Source: Octopus sinensis
Taxonomy: Eukaryota
Length of the DNA stretch: 64,000 nt
Assembly: GCF_006345805.1 (NCBI RefSeq)
Contig: NC_042997.1
Location: 8,990,001-9,054,000, forward strand
Direction: 5' to 3'
The notes beneath the pieces are model-generated. The model saw only the letters and a program-made list of their open reading frames with translations. It ran no database searches and was not told the origin of the DNA. Both the position numbers and the translations under genes were made by a program. Shown here in pieces: positions 25,877 to 38,809 of the stretch. Numbering within the stretch: the stretch's first letter is position 1; the number at the start of each line of letters is the position of its first letter.

Positions 25877-27084
25877 ACTTTGATATTCTCTGAGACCCTT
25901 TCTGGTGTGTGCCTGTACCACCCCTTTTCCATTAGCATTTCATAATACTAGCCTAACATCCAGTGTAAGCAAACTCCAACTCAGTCATGCATGTAGATGT
26001 ATTCTTTCTTTCAAGTCCAGAGACAATGTGGTTAATTGATTCTTCCCCATCTCCACATATTCTGCAGAATACTGCTTTCTACTTTCAGTACTTTCTGATG
26101 ATTTCTATTATTCATTTGGTAGTATCTATAATTATTCACTGGATATTTTTGTTGTCATACAGTTAATACAGTTACATAAATTTGGTAGTTTGGTGGGAAA
26201 TTCTTTTATTCCGTGCCATAATTAAGACTCCTTTGAGTCTTGCTATTCTTACCTAGTTTTGCAATTTTTCTTTATCAGTTTTCATGTATTGACCATATGG
26301 AAACTTTTATTTGTAGTTATTTGCAGCAGTTTTATCTCATAGAATATTTATGTAGCAATACAGTGGATATTTTATAATAGATTTCTAGTTTTCATTAGAC
26401 CTTACCCTCTGTATTTGTTGTAAACAATCTTTCTATATTAGATTCTGATTGATGTATTCTGTATGAAATTATTCTTCATGCTTTTCTTTCTTGTCATACT
26501 AGTTCGTTTAGCATGTAATTGAAAATATTATAACTTATTAATGGGATAGCTTGAGTGCTGATCATCACTATTACCTTATTTTTGAGTTTTGCTTTCTTTT
26601 AAGTATTAATCTAATGCATCTATAATATTTCTTCCTAACCTTTTCTTTCATTTATGTGTAATACAATGTCTAATACACTGATTTCTAAGTATTTGTATGT
26701 CTGTGTTTATTTCATAGTTTCTTTATCTTGCATGATATTAGTGTTCTTAATTAATTTTTCCTTTCTTCAAGGTTGCTTGCGCATATGTTTTTTAAGCCAA
26801 ATCTCATATCAATTTTCCTGGCACTGTCAGCAGCCATGTTTCAAGTTGTTTATCATCTGCAGCATATAAACAACTTGAGGTTGTCCATCTACAAAAATGG
26901 TTGATTGTCTTTCCATTGATTTTATTTCCCAGTCCAGTTCTGTTGGTAAATGGTGCTTACTCTAACAGATAAAAGAAGTGCATTGATGAAGTCTGCTTAG
27001 AATATTTCTCTTTTGATAAAGAAGAGGGTCACTTTTTATAATTTCTTTTGTCTGTGTCAGCAAAACTCATAACAACAACAATAA

Positions 27085-27433
<349 letters not shown>

Positions 27434-28290
27434 TATGGTGGGGTGAAAAACTGAGTTGACATCATGCAGACAAAATTTGGGCATCCTGGGCATGAGGAGA
27501 GGGGTTTTCTCTGGAGATCGCTTATTTCTATTGCTTTTAGTTGTTTGTATGATTTCTCTGACCCTGGTGCTGAGGAAAAGGAATCTGGGATATCAGTTAA
27601 AGGGAAAATTTCAAAGAATCAACCACCTCCTCTTCATGGATAATTTGAAGCTGTATAGCAACAACGACACACAAAGGAATTCTTTGGAGAACATGGTCCA
27701 CTGTTCTAGTGCTGATATTAAGATGGAATTCAGTCTCAAGAAACCTGAACAGAGGCAAAGTACAGTCCTTGGCAAAGATAGAATTATCTAATAGAGAAGT
27801 GATTACACAAGTTGAAAAGGAAATCATGGAGAAGGAAATGAAAGAGCAGCTAAGGAAGGGATATTTCTGAAGGCTAAGATTGATGTTCCACTCAAAATTG
27901 ACTAGATGGACTAAAATCCAAGCAGTGAATACATGGGTGATAGCATCACTTTGGTATGGGGCTGAAATCATAAACTGGCAAAAGAAAGAACTGATGAACA
28001 TGGATATGAAGACAAGATATTTACTATGCATGGAGCATTCCATCCCAAGAGTGACACTGATAGGTTGTATTTGTCCAGAAGAAAGGGTGGGAGAGGTTTG
28101 ACCAGTTGCCAGGATTGTGTAAAAAAAGAGGAAAACAGCTTAGGGTGGTATGTAAAAAATGTCATTGAACCATTGTTGAAGCATGTACAGAAATCCAGTA
28201 TCAAGAAAACTGAGAATTGTATAAAGAAAAACTTAGAGGAAAAGAACTAAAAAAAAAGAAATAACGTGGAAGGGAAAAAAATGTGCAGTC
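27434..28290 (+). mobile_element. R4/Dong-like RLE retrotransposon fragment (copy B)
   Basis: RRGVFSGD, INHLLFMDNLKLY, HPKSDTDRLYLSRRKGGRGL; starts at the end of the (AAT)n(GAT)n tract. Confidence 0.85.
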
Positions 28291-28296
28291 AGTTTA

Positions 28297-28710
28297 CAGG
28301 AGTGACTGTGTGGTATATAGCTTGCTTACAAACCATATGGTTCCGGGCTCAGTCCCACTGTGTGGTACCTTGGGCAAGTATCTTCTACTATAGCCTCAGG
28401 CTGACCAAAGCCTTGTGAGTAGATTTGGTAGACAGAAACTGAAAGAAGCCCATCGTATATATATGTATATATATATGTATGTATGTTTGTGTGTATATGT
28501 TTGTGTGTCTGTGTTTGTCTCCCCAACATCGCCGGACATCCGATTCTGGTGTGTTTACATCCCCGTAACTTAGTGGTTTGGCAAAAAAAACCCGATAGAA
28601 TAAGTACTAGGCTTCCAAATAAGTCCTGGGGTTGATTTGCTCAACTAAAGGCGGTGCTCCAGCATGGCCACAGTCAAATGACTGAAACAAGTAAATAAGT
28701 AAAAGAGAGA
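28297..28710 (+). mobile_element. SINE family A
   Basis: Family match. Confidence 0.88.
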
Positions 28711-28711
28711 G

Positions 28712-30050
28712 ATATGAATGCCCAAGACAGGTGTTGATGATATTGACGCAGAGGAGTGACCTGAAGATGCAGAGAAATAACCTGAATGAGTGGAATAATG
28801 AGGGATACAAATACCTAGGAGTGCTGCAATACAATAAGATAATGAAATAAGAAATGAGAGAGAAAGTCACTAAAAAGCACAAGGGGAGAATTAGGAAGGC
28901 GCTCAAAGCAAAATTAAATGAAGAGAACATCATTAAAGCCATGAATTGAAGGGCTATGCTTGTATTGAGATACTACATTCTCTTTCTGAAATGGACAAAA
29001 GCCGAGCTACAGAACTTCAATGAAAGAACTAGAAAGCTCTGATCAATGCACACTCCATCCCCAAAATAATACTGACCAACTCTATCTAACAAGAATATAA
29101 GGTAGAAGATAACTGAATGCAGAAGACACTGTTACTATCACAATAATGAGTGTGAAAAGTCGTCAAACAAAATAAAGAAAAATAAAATCCACAGCTAGAA
29201 ATACTCAAGAAAGTCACTGAAACAATAGGACAATTCAAAGAGAAAAGAAATACCAACCGAACAAACAAATGGAAAGAAATGGAATCACATGGCCAAGTCA
29301 TGTAACAAACCAAGAATGCTGAAAGTAAAGATTACTGGCTCTAACTGGTGGATAGAAACTTGAAATAAGAGATAAAAACGCTAATTACAGCCACTCAGGA
29401 ACAAGCCTTTAGATCAGATATGATAAAAGAATGATTGACAAATCTCAGAGAGACAGCAAATGGAGAATTTTTAGGAAAGGAGACGAAAGAATCAATCACA
29501 TTTTGAGTGAGTGCAGTATGCTAGCACAAAAGGAATATAAACACAGACATAACTGTGTAGGCAAAGCAGTGGCTACACAGTCATGTGTGTGACTTCAAAA
29601 CAACAGAAAAATAGCATGAGCATGAACCAAAGGCTATGATAGAAAATGAGAATTACAATATACATAAAAACTGATCGTACAAGTGAGGCAAGAAGGCTGG
29701 ATATGATCACAGTGAACAAAATGAACAAACAGTGTACGATCAGAGATTTTGCAATTCTCTATGAAAGCAGAGTCGATACCAAAGAAATTGGAAAAATTGA
29801 GAAATATCAAGATCTAGCCAGACAACTGAGGAGACTGTGTAAGATCAAGACAACAATTATTCCTGTAGTAATTGGTGCACTTTTGGAACACAACACTCAA
29901 AATGCTACCTAAAAGACTGAAAGGAATTGGAATTGAAACTTGCATTGTGAACCTACAGAAAAATACCATCATATATTCTGTAAGAATCCTAAGGAAGATT
30001 CTTAATATTTGAGAGACTTGTTGCCATCAAACCTAAAAATGAAATACCTG
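28712..30050 (+). mobile_element. R4/Dong-like RLE retrotransposon 3' half (copy C)
   Basis: YKYLGVLQY, cysteine-knuckle remnant (NHILSECS), RRLDMITV, KIEKYQDLARQLRRL, IIPVVIGAL. Confidence 0.85.
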
Positions 30051-30074
30051 CTAACTAAATTAGCATACATTAGT

Positions 30075-30482
30075 GAAATAATAATAATAATGAAAGCACC
30101 CAGTCCACACTGTAAAGTGGTTGGTGTTTGGAAGGGCATCCAACTGTAAAAATCTTGCCAAAACTGACCTTGCTTGTGCTTGTGCTATGTAAAAAGCACT
30201 AAGTCCACTCCACAGAGTGGTTGGTGTTAGGAAGGGCATCCATCTGTAAAAATCCTGCCAAAGCAGTTGTAGAAGTCTGGTGCAGGTTTCTGCCTGGCCA
30301 ACTTCTGTCAAACCGTCCCACTCATGCCTGCATAGAAGGGTGGATGTTAAGTGAGGATGATGATGATGATGATGATGGCAACAGTGGCAGCAGCAGTGGT
30401 GGCAGCAACAACAATAATGATGGCAACAACAATAACAACAGCAACAACAATTACAACAACAACAACGATAATAATAATATTG

Positions 30483-30548
<66 letters not shown>

Positions 30549-30907
30549 TTCCTTTCTTCTAAAGGCACAAGGCCTGAGATTTTGTGGGAGGGGATTAGTC
30601 GATTACCTCAACCCCCAGTACTCCACTGGTACTTAATTTATCAATCCTGAAAGGATGAAAGACAAAGTCAGCTTCAGCAGAATTTGAACTAATAATGATA
30701 ATAATAATAATGATGATGATGAAGAGAAGAAGAAGAAGGAGGAGGAGGAGGAGGAAGAAGAAGAGGAGGAAGAAGAAGAAGAAGAAGAAGAAGAAGGAGG
30801 AGGAGCAGGAGCAGGAGCAGGGAGAGGGGGGAGGAGGAAGAGGAGGAGGGGAGGTGGGGGAGGAGAAAAAGAAGAAGAAGCAGAAGAAGAAGAAGAAGAA
30901 GAAGAAG

Positions 30908-30941
<34 letters not shown>
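30075..30941. repeat. RTE 3' end (+, 30075-30375), compound (GAT/GCA/AAC/AAT)n, SINE E fragment (-, 30551-30690), and (AAG)(GAG)(AAC)n
   Basis: Direct reading of the triplet runs and family matches. Confidence 0.8.
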
Positions 30942-30943
<2 letters not shown>

Positions 30944-32612
30944 ATTCTGTTACTAAAAGTATCTACAGTATATGGATTCAGAGACACCTAAGTGTAAGAC
31001 CAAAAATTGATGACATCAAACACACTAACACCAGATAACATCATTAGAAATAAGAGGTTGACTGACTCTGAACTTGATACTATCAAAGGAAAAGTGAGTG
31101 AGAGAAGCCAGAAAGCTTCTCAGGGACTACAAAGAGGATGTCAGTCCAAGACAGTAGGAAAGAAATCCACAAATGAAAATACTATTAATGTGGCAGAAAA
31201 GGCTGCAAACGATGAAAAGACAAATGAAAGGAAACAACAGATTTTACAAATATGGGTGATTGTCAAGGAAACATCAGTAAAGTATATACATCTAATTGCC
31301 AAAATAAAGAAACATTTTGTATAGGTGCAGGAGTGGCTGTGTGGTAAGTAGCTTGCTTACGAACCACATGGTTTCGGGTTCGGTCCCACTGCGTGGAACC
31401 TTGGTCAAGTGTCTTCTACTCTAACCCCGGGCTGACCAAAGCCTTGTGAGTGGATTTGGTAGATGGAAACTGAAAGAAGCATGTATGTGTATATGTTTGT
31501 GTGTCTCTGTTTGTCCCCCCAGCATTGCATGACAACCAATGCTGGTGTGTTTACGTACCTGTAACTTAGCGGTTCAGCATAAGAGACCGGTAGAATAAGT
31601 ACAAGGCTTCCAAAGAATAAGTCCTAGGGTCGATTTGCTCTACTAAAGGTGGTGCTCCAGATTGGCCTCAGCCAAATGACTGAAACAAGTAAAAGAAGAA
31701 AATTAACAACACTATTAATAAAACCTTTGACAAGATTCAAAAGGACATAGCAAGACCACTGTCCATCACTGAAATAAATGAAATGATCTATGTCTCTGCA
31801 ACTGTTATTGAAGAAATGATCAATAAAACCAGAGTAACATTCCCAGAAACAATGCAAAAAGGACAGATAGAGAGACAAAATAGGAAAAGATATCAAAACA
31901 TTTTGGAGATCATTATGACTGGTAGAAGAAATAGAAAAAGGAATCATTATGAAAACCACTAAATAGAACATACACGTTCACTCTGGTATTCATTTCCTCT
32001 TTAGAAAGCTGTCTTTCTAGTATGATAAATAGTTAACTGGATAAGGTCTGTTTCATAGGTAATTGTCTCACTTTTCTTCTTATTAATTGTATTCCTATTT
32101 TATAAGATATTCCTTTCACTTGCATTTACCTGATATGACACTTGATTTGCAAGAGAAAAAAAGAAACAGGAAAATAAATAAATAAATAAGCAAAAGGAAG
32201 AATGAATGGAAAAAAACAGACTGAAAATGCAGTGCAATATAAAAGGAAAAGTGAACCTCATAACAGCAAAAGAGTCCCTAAAACAAGAGACACAGATCAA
32301 AGCACAAAGACTCAATGGTATGACAAAAAGAAATAAATCCTATGGGCTTAACAATACCTTCAAAAACTATGCTAACATGCTCTAAAGAGAACTGGAAGAA
32401 AAGGAAATGGACATAAACCAAACACTGACCATTAGAGAAGGAAAATGTATGGAATAATGTCTGGGAGAACAAAACTCATAAATGCACAAACTGGATCAAA
32501 GAAGAACAATAGCTTCATATGGAAATGGAAGCTCAAGCTAAAACTAATATAATACTAATATAATACTAGAAACTAATATAATACTAATATAATACTAGAA
32601 GAAACTAAATAT

Positions 32613-32816
32613 TTACAAGATGAGGACAAATATCCGTCGAATGTAAATATAGGCGCAGGAGTGGCTGTGTGGTAAGTAGCTTGCTTACAAACCACATGGT
32701 TCCAGGTTCAGTCCCACTGCGTGGCATCTTGGGCAAGTGTCTTCTGCTATAGCCTCGGACCGACCAATGCCTTGTGAGTGGATTTGGTAGACAGAAACTG
32801 AAAGAAGCCTGTCGTA

Positions 32817-32869
<53 letters not shown>

Positions 32870-33128
32870 ATGTGTTTGTGTGTTTGTCCCCCTAGCATTG
32901 CTTGACAACTGATGCTGGTGTGTTTACGTCCCTGTCACTTAGTGGTTCGGCAAAAGAGACTGATAGAATAAGTACTGGGCTTACAAAGAATAAGTCCCAG
33001 GGTCGATTTGGTCGACTAAAGGCAGTGCTCCAGCATGGCCGCAGTCAAATGACTGAAACAAGTAAAAGAGTAAAAGAGAGTAATGTAAATAATGTACATA
33101 ATTCCTCATCTCTTAAATATAGAACTGT
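32613..33128 (+). mobile_element. 5'-truncated 3' end of the hammerhead element with SINE A (32650-33081) nested inside
   Basis: Outer 13-bp TSD agaaactaaatat (32600-32612, 33129-33141); inner 10-bp TSD aatgtaaata (32640-32649, 33082-33091). Confidence 0.85.
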
Positions 33129-34210
33129 AGAAACTAAATATGTCATCAATAAAAATCAACTGGAAAGCAGTGGGGGTGTAATGGAACTGACAATGTTTTG
33201 ATTAAGGATCTAGTAGGCACACATGAAGGCCTAACATTGGCAATATAGCAATATCCTGAAGACCCAGATTCATACCCCAAATGGCTTACAGAAGAAATAA
33301 CATATCTTCTCATTAAGACTGAAAAGAGTCAAATCTCCCAAAATTACAGACCTTCCAACCATGTACAAGAATTTCACATCAATTATCACAGAGAGGAATT
33401 ACACATTTCAAGTGCCAAAAGAACATAAAGAGTTCCGAAAAGGAAGCTAGGGCTGTAAGGAACAGCTGCTAACCAACAAAGCCATCTTGGAAAAAGTCAA
33501 GAGTAGAAGGAAGATCTTCTCTACATCCTGGATGGACTATAAAAAACTTTTGACAGTGTCTCTTATAACTGTATTGCAAAGAGCCTCAAAATTTATAAAA
33601 ATCTGCCCAAACATCACTAACTTTATTAAAACCTATACAAAGGCAAGGAAACAACCACCCTCCATCAAAGCCGTGAAAAAGGCACATTGACAATATAACT
33701 CACAAATATTAAATGTGGGATATTCGAAGGGGACTTACTACCACTTTTATTATTTTGCATTGCTGTTGCCCCTCTTGGAACTTATCCCAACAAAATTGGT
33801 TATGGTTACCAAGCAGTGAAGGGAAACTGAATCTCTTATTTTATACAGATGATCACAGGACCTTTACTACAAGTGACAGCCAACATCTGGATTCCTTGAG
33901 AAAGTAAAAACCTATAGTGTTGACTCTGGTATAGAATTTGGCCAAGATAAATGTGCAAAAGCTGCTTTCAAACATGGGAATCTAACCAACAGCAGCAACC
34001 TAGAACTTGATGTCGACATTCATAAAGGAATTAGAACACAAAGGTATTTCTAAATACTTTATTGTCAATGAATGCAATGGAACACAACCCACCTTAATGA
34101 GGGAAATATTTAGAAAAGAATATAAACAGAGTCAGAAAAGTGATTGGATCTGAATTGAATGCTACATACAAATCTGAAGGCATCAACACACTCACTGACA
34201 GTACCAGTTG

Positions 34211-34363
34211 CAGGACCAGCAACTCAGGCAATCACCTGGGGCACCACGTGCTAGGGGATGCTAAGGAGGGTGTGACAAAGACAAGGAAAATTCCATGACC
34301 ATCAGCTTGTACACACTGAAGTTCAGCTTGCCTGGGGTGCCAGCAACCCTAGGGCTGGCCATG
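34211..34363. mobile_element. hAT MITE (153 bp)
   Basis: 8-bp TSD accagttg (34203-34210, 34364-34371); ends caggaccagc / gctggccatg. Confidence 0.8.
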
Positions 34364-34557
34364 ACCAGTTGTAGCTTACATCTTTAACACCAACTCAGCA
34401 GTGAATAATCTGAAGAAACTTGATGTCTAAACACAGAAAATGTTCAGTGCTTCATTTGGCTGTTGTGTAAAATATGTGCTATGTGAGTTGTTTTTATATG
34501 TGCCATTGAGAATTTTGTCAGGCTTTCACAGTTCCATACCATTCTAACAATGTGGCT

Positions 34558-34626
34558 TGTAGCACAATAACTCTTGCATGCTGTAGCACAATAACTCTTG
34601 CATGCTGTAGCACAATAACTCTTGCA
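34558..34626. repeat. 24-bp tandem repeat x ~3
   Basis: tgtagcacaataactcttgcatgc repeated. Confidence 0.9.
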
Positions 34627-34949
34627 AGGAAGGTAACAGGAAGGTTCTGATCATTAAAGAAGATCAATGGATCATTCTGTTCCTAAAGTCTCCCAGGTCA
34701 AAGGCTACAGAAAATATCCAGAAATCCCTGGTCTGGTAATGTTATGAGTGAGGGCTGATTGCTAATCCAGAATAAAATCTATAAGTGTCAAAGTGATGTC
34801 AGCTGCACCCAAGATACATGCATGAAGAGTAATGACATCTCTCCTAGCTTCTGGATGTAGTATCAGTAAACTCACAGCTATTTTGATTTTCTCTAATAGA
34901 AAATGCAAATCCAATTCCATGTCAATACTTTTCCTAATGTGACACACTT

Positions 34950-35290
34950 TTGCAGCCTGAAACTGATCCCGCATATCAGGTGGACTATTCACCAAGACAC
35001 CAAAAGTGAGAACTTGATTTGCAAAAAGGTTCTGAGTTCTTTATTTTTCTCCAATAAGGATGTCCCTCCTGGCTGGATCATGTACTCTGTATGTCAATGG
35101 TAGTATCCCAAATGACCTTTCGTATGAGGAATTGCCCTCCAGTATGACAACACATGGGTATTCCATTCTGTTTCAAAGATGTTTGCAAGAGAGATATAAT
35201 GTTCTTTACATGAATGTTAAAAGTTGGCAAAGCATAGCTGGTGATCACTCCCACTGGAGGCTAGAACTAACAAGGGGTTTTAGGATAAGA
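34950..35290 (+). mobile_element. RTE (BovB-like) LINE C-terminal fragment
   Basis: Frameshifted WLDHVLCMS.GSIPNDLSYEEL and FKDVCKRDI, matching 'WLGHV.RM...RIPK.LLYGEL...R(Y/F)KD..KRD'. Confidence 0.7.
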
Positions 35291-36450
35291 GTGTAGGGGC
35301 TGAGAATGATAAAGAGAAGAAAAGAATGAGAACAGAAAGGTATTTCTAAATACTTACTGTCAATGAATGCGATGGAATACAACCCACCTTAACGAAGGAA
35401 ATATTGAGAAAAGAATATTAATAGAGTCAGAACAGTGATTGGATCTGAAGTGAATGCTACATACAAGTCTGAAGGCATCAACACACTCATTGACAATACC
35501 AGTTGCAGGACCGGCTCAAGGTACCAGTAACTCAGGCAATTGCCTGGGGCACAAAAAAGAGCTCTAGAGCAAGAGTAGCAGACAAGTTCTGCCGATACAG
35601 TTATTGTAGATGGTTCTATCTCTCATGTGTGAGACACTGCAGTCACAACAAAACTGAATCTAGACCTTTCAAATACATGATCTTAGGAGACTAATAAATG
35701 TTTCTTTATAGTGCATGTGGTCATGCCTGTTGGTGTAAAATCACTTTGCAATGTTATATCACTAAACACTAACAAATTTAAACTTAGTCATTTTATGAGC
35801 TGTGATCAATAATTTAGATATCAGAGTTCTTACAAGTGATGCTGAAAACCAGGTAAAGGAAAAAACACGTCTCAGTCTCATTGTTGGTACTTTTCCAAAT
35901 ATTCAGGTCTGACATAATTTGAGAATTTTTACTAAGCCTCTAGTCAATTCCATGACTAATGTAACTAAAATTTAGCCTTTCCAAAATTCTTGGAAATATT
36001 ACTTGATTGGATAATAAGAAACTTAGTTTGTCTTTATCTTCAATATCTTCATCATTTCTTGATGTCTTCGGCAGTTAGACATTTCTCATTAATTTGCTAA
36101 ACATAAACCAGGGACTCTTAATCAGGAAAGTTTCAGCTTGATTGCAACAATGCCAGATCTAAAGATCAACAATAGGGTCATTAAGTGTAATTTTCTCGTG
36201 GTATTCGAAATTTATTATCGCAACGGATCATTTCAGGCTTAATGATAAATGAATTAGTTTTGAAAATCACTTTAGCCAAAATAAAGATTGAAGTATTCTG
36301 CTTATTGCTCAAGGGTCTGCTCATATGTGTGTGAGTGTGCATGTGTGTGAGTGTGCATGTGTGTGCGTGCGTGTGTGTGCATGTGTAAAGTATATATGCA
36401 TATACATAGATATATATTGTGCTTTTCATAATTACTCATTTATATATATA

Positions 36451-36846
36451 CTAGCAGTATCGCCCGGCATTGCTTGGGTTTGTAAGGGAAATAACTATAT
36501 AAGCAATTTTAGCGATGTAAAGTATAATAGCCATCTCAATATGGCTAACCACAAAGGGGGGGGGTTACTGTAGCTTTTTACGTTCTGAGATTTAATAATA
36601 AATTTTTAGAGAGTTACTTCCCTTATATATGCCAAAAATGCATTAAAAATGGGAAAAATTTATGGTAATTTTTTTTTTAAATCGTAGACTCATCGTAGAC
36701 GCGCGCTAATACCCAGAAGGGCTCGATATAAATCACGACTATGAGATACCCGGTTTTGGTTAAACTGCACCGCAAAATGTGGGAGTAGTTAGGAATCTAA
36801 ATCGTAGGAGACAGACAGCACACAACCTCACTTTTATATATAAAGA
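36451..36846 (-). mobile_element. Non-autonomous Helitron (396 bp)
   Basis: On the minus strand A|TC...CTAG|T, with imperfect GC hairpin cccaagcaatgccggg 12 nt before the 3' end; no TSD. Confidence 0.8.
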
Positions 36847-37089
36847 TATATATATCATATACACACACATATATATATTGTAGACATGTCATCATCATCT
36901 TTCACCTCAAGTAGATAAATCATTCACCTTTACATCTATTTATGTACATATAAATAAATATACATCTATGTATACATAGATGAATAAATATGTGTATGTA
37001 CACATATGAATATAAATATATATTATTATAGTTGTACACACACACACATATATATATATATAAACACATACACATGTTATCATATGTAT

Positions 37090-37147
37090 ATATATATGTA
37101 TGTGTGTGTATATCTATATATGTGTATGTATATATATATATATTTAC

Positions 37148-37178
<31 letters not shown>

Positions 37179-37293
37179 TGTATGTATGTATGTATGTATG
37201 TATATATGTGTGTGTGTATGTATGTATGTATGTATGTATGTATGTATGTATGTATGTATGTATGTATGTATGTACGTATGTATGTATGTATGT
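37090..37293. repeat. (TATG)n/(TA)n microsatellite
   Basis: Direct reading. Confidence 0.95.
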
Positions 37294-37535
37294 AAGCATG
37301 AGTGTATTTATGAATTTAGTCTAAAGACTACTTCAGCACCTGCTCAAAATGTTTTAGTGCTTGCAGATATTTATCCAAGATTATGTCGAAGTTCTGCCAT
37401 CTTACACATCTTCCTGGTTAAATATTTCTCTTGAACATTTCTATCTGGCAGTTATCATGAATTATTAATTTTAATCCACTCCAAGATTGTTTGAATTCTA
37501 TTTCAGCTTGAACTATTTTTTATTTTCTTACCATC

Positions 37536-37571
<36 letters not shown>

Positions 37572-38133
37572 AAATGACTTCTTTTTCTTGACAAGGTAGT
37601 TCATGTTCAAAGTTTGCCTGTTATAATAAACGTGATTAAAGTTAAAATTTTTCATTAGTCTTTTCATTTTAAATGCCTGTGAGTGTATGTTATCATTTTT
37701 GTTGCTACTTTTAATGTTGTGGAAAATCTACTTTTTCTTATATTAAATTGTAATTGTCTATACTTGAGAACTTGTGTGTTTGCTTTATTGTCATTTTTTT
37801 TTTTTTTTTCTATTTATGTATTTCTGAAATTATTTTCATGTCATCCAGAATTAAACTACATTGTTCTTTCAGATGCACTCCCTTACTTTTTCTCAACTCT
37901 TACCCATTTTTTCTAGTAGAGGAAGCAAACTTTGATTGTAAAAACAACTAAACTCGGGCAAAAAATTGAAATGAGGTGTAAGACATAGACTATGCCAAAC
38001 TCAGATACCAGTGTATACGTTCCAAATCTTTCCTGCTCATAACATAATCCAAAAGGAATACTTTTCAGTCAGTAATGTTTGATAATAATTAAAACTTACT
38101 TGGATACCTTTATACGATATCTGAACTCAGCAA

Positions 38134-38809
<676 letters not shown>

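Larger units (their letters stand above)
30942..34445 (+). mobile_element. Degenerate R4/Dong-like RLE retrotransposon including N-terminal region (copy D)
   Basis: NIIRNKRLTDSELDTIK, GCKEQLLTNK, WMDYKK, GIEFGQDKCAKA, PVVAY; interrupted by SINE A (31321-31697), the 32613-33128 insert and a hAT MITE. Confidence 0.8.

Noticed and set aside
34430-34900. Possible minus-strand RT motif (LD.SVAFD after a frameshift)
   Set aside because: It needs a frameshift and has no supporting neighbouring motifs.
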